The notes under the pieces are model-generated. The model saw only the letters and a list, made by a program, of their open reading frames with translations, made no database searches and was not told the DNA's origin. A DNA stretch of 63,300 nucleotides, filler included, from Rhabdomonas costata (Eukaryota): NCBI GenBank assembly GCA_019059605.1. It is 52 parts of 52 records of this genome, joined end to end, with 100 filler letters (N's around TTAATTAATTAA, not from the genome) between each part and the next. Parts side by side here need not be neighbours in the genome. Positions count along the whole stretch, not along the records: positions 60,968 to 62,082 come from JAHMHO010027640.1; positions 62,183 to 63,300 come from JAHMHO010027641.1; 50 more parts are not named here. One strand, given 5' to 3'. Position 1 is the stretch's first letter, and every line of letters begins with the position of its first letter. Positions 61,698 to 63,300 of the stretch are shown here, piece after piece. Both the position numbers and the translations under genes were made by a program.

Positions 61698-62934
61698 GTT
61701 GTACCCCCAAACCGATCACCTCTCTTAATCTTTTTCTTCCTTCTTACTGAGTGTAATCACTTTTTGGTTTGGTACTCTGTCGAATCTTTGCTGCTATTCT
61801 TTTTTTGGGTGGTGCGAAAGCCGGCTTAGAAAAAGGAAACCTGTCTGTCAAACCCGCCCGACTCCTCGAAGAAAGTAAAAGTGCAAGCAGGGAGTGCAAA
61901 TGTACATGTGCGGAAAGAATTCTGAGAAGCAGACAAAAAGTTCAGGGGGGCAGAAAAATAGAACACACCCACACACCAAAAGTACAACACGGGAAACTCG
62001 ATGAGATGAGACGCCAAGCAAGCACACACGGTAGCCCCCAGCGAAGGCCGGGTATTTCAGCAGCCAACGCAGACTCCGAAGTNNNNNNNNNNNNNNNNNN
62101 NNNNNNNNNNNNNNNNNNNNNNNNNNTTAATTAATTAANNNNNNNNNNNNNNNNNNNNNNNNNNNNNNNNNNNNNNNNNNNNGTTTTTGGGGAAGGAAGA
62201 AGTTCAAATAAAGTTCCCTTTCCTTGCTCTTCTTCCTTCCCCAAAAATGTCGTGATTTGCCTGTGCGGTTGAACAGCCCTGTACGCATAGGTCGCACTCA
62301 GCATCGGTTCCAGCAGGGACGGATGGTATGCGTTCATTTCCGTGACTTGGCAGTTGTGTCAGCCACGGCTGCGCAGCTTCGATCCACTTCTTCCTCCAAG
62401 ATGTCGTCCACCACACAATTTGTGGTCCCCCTTCTGCGGACATCGAACAAGAGGATTCATACGTCAGGCTCTGTGTTCGTTTTAGGAAGCATTTGCCACT
62501 CTGCGGCTCAGCTTCTCCGCGCATAACACGAAGGCTGAAGTGCAAGTCCTATTGGAGTCCTTGGCGGGGGCTCTGGAGGAACTCCCCGTTCCCACTGTGC
62601 GGCCGTGCAAGCGGACTTGGGACGCCGAGCCTAAGACCAAGGGAAAGTCTTCCCGGGAGAAGAAGCCCAAGGTCGCGAAGAGGGTGTGTGTTCCACCGGA
62701 GAGAGAGGACGGCAGAGAAGTGCGGGTCGAGGGGGTAACAGGTGAAAGGCGTTTCGGATATCTGCTTTGCAAATTCAAAAATCCCCAGGCCTGCTTCTTC
62801 TTCGCCGCTTCCCATCCGATTTGTCTTCGTTGTCACCTTGGTGCTTGTTCTCCCACCCCCATTCATGTAAACGTATTACCTTCACGCTTCAGCGTTTCAG
62901 CGTTTTTTTCAAGACGCTGAAACGCTTGCCGCAC

Positions 62935-63100
62935 ACAAAAATCAGATGTTGGCACGTTGGGGCGCTGCCGGTGTGCCAACTATTATATATATTTTTCGCC
63001 AGGCCAGCACTGCGCAGAGGTCCCAAAAATGTTCCCAAAATGTCCCCTAGGGCGGCTTTAAGAACAAACATTCCGGCCCACTCCAGTGCCAGCATGCAGC
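62935..63100. mobile_element. Dispersed repeat copy 2, with terminal hairpin
   Basis: Homologous blocks in the same order as 21363-21595. Confidence 0.6.
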
Positions 63101-63300
63101 AGCCCCGGCGTAAAGCTTTGGCCGAGTACTCCGGCTCGCAAAGGGCCAAAAATGCATCCCTGGGCATGCTGGCTCAAAATAAACTCTTCAAGATGCCATA
63201 ACTGGACGTGGAGCTGCAGCCAGAGGCTGAGAAGCTACACGCCAGCTGGCAACCGCTTCATCCGCCAGCGCGTTGTGCGCAGAGCGCATGCCACACCACA

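Noticed and set aside
1..63300. Gene neighbourhood or operon-like system (e.g. cyclases + PKA-R + REC as a cluster)
   Set aside because: Contigs are unlinked and appear to be binned by length, so adjacency carries no information.
1..63300. rRNA, tRNA, spliced-leader RNA or telomeric arrays
   Set aside because: None recognised by eye; a covariance-model scan would be needed to exclude them.

Overview
This is not contiguous DNA. It is a pseudo-scaffold of 52 unrelated contigs of about 1.1 kb, joined by 51 identical 100-nt spacers (44 N + TTAATTAATTAA + 44 N). Contig ends carry G/T-only (5') or A/C-only (3') tails and frequent fold-back inversions, the signature of whole-genome-amplified, probably single-cell, material. 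The source is an intron-rich eukaryote: short GC-rich exons, GT-AG introns (one GC-AG), and no sign of a non-standard code. It is flagellated (axonemal dynein) and most plausibly a euglenozoan (euglenid/diplonemid-like), based on a trypanosomatid-like PKA regulatory subunit and the cyclase family present; this placement is inference. The ORF track is largely misleading because the real genes are spliced. Recognisable fragments: five class III nucleotide cyclase pieces (several catalytically degenerate), PKA-R, a response-regulator receiver, coatomer beta', poly(A) polymerase, BIG/Sec7 ARF-GEF, NEK kinase, SMC1, dynein heavy chain, Maf1, a USP10-like protease, MATH, SPRY and IQ domains, and two bacterial-type enzymes behind splice acceptors (MmgE/PrpD and Tag glycosylase). 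No multi-gene system can be shown, since neighbouring contigs are unlinked. Best leads: the expanded pseudo-cyclase family, an intron-poor foreign-looking contig at 51.2-52.3 kb, and a dispersed repeat with a covarying terminal hairpin. All protein calls come from manual translation and motif recall, not database searches.
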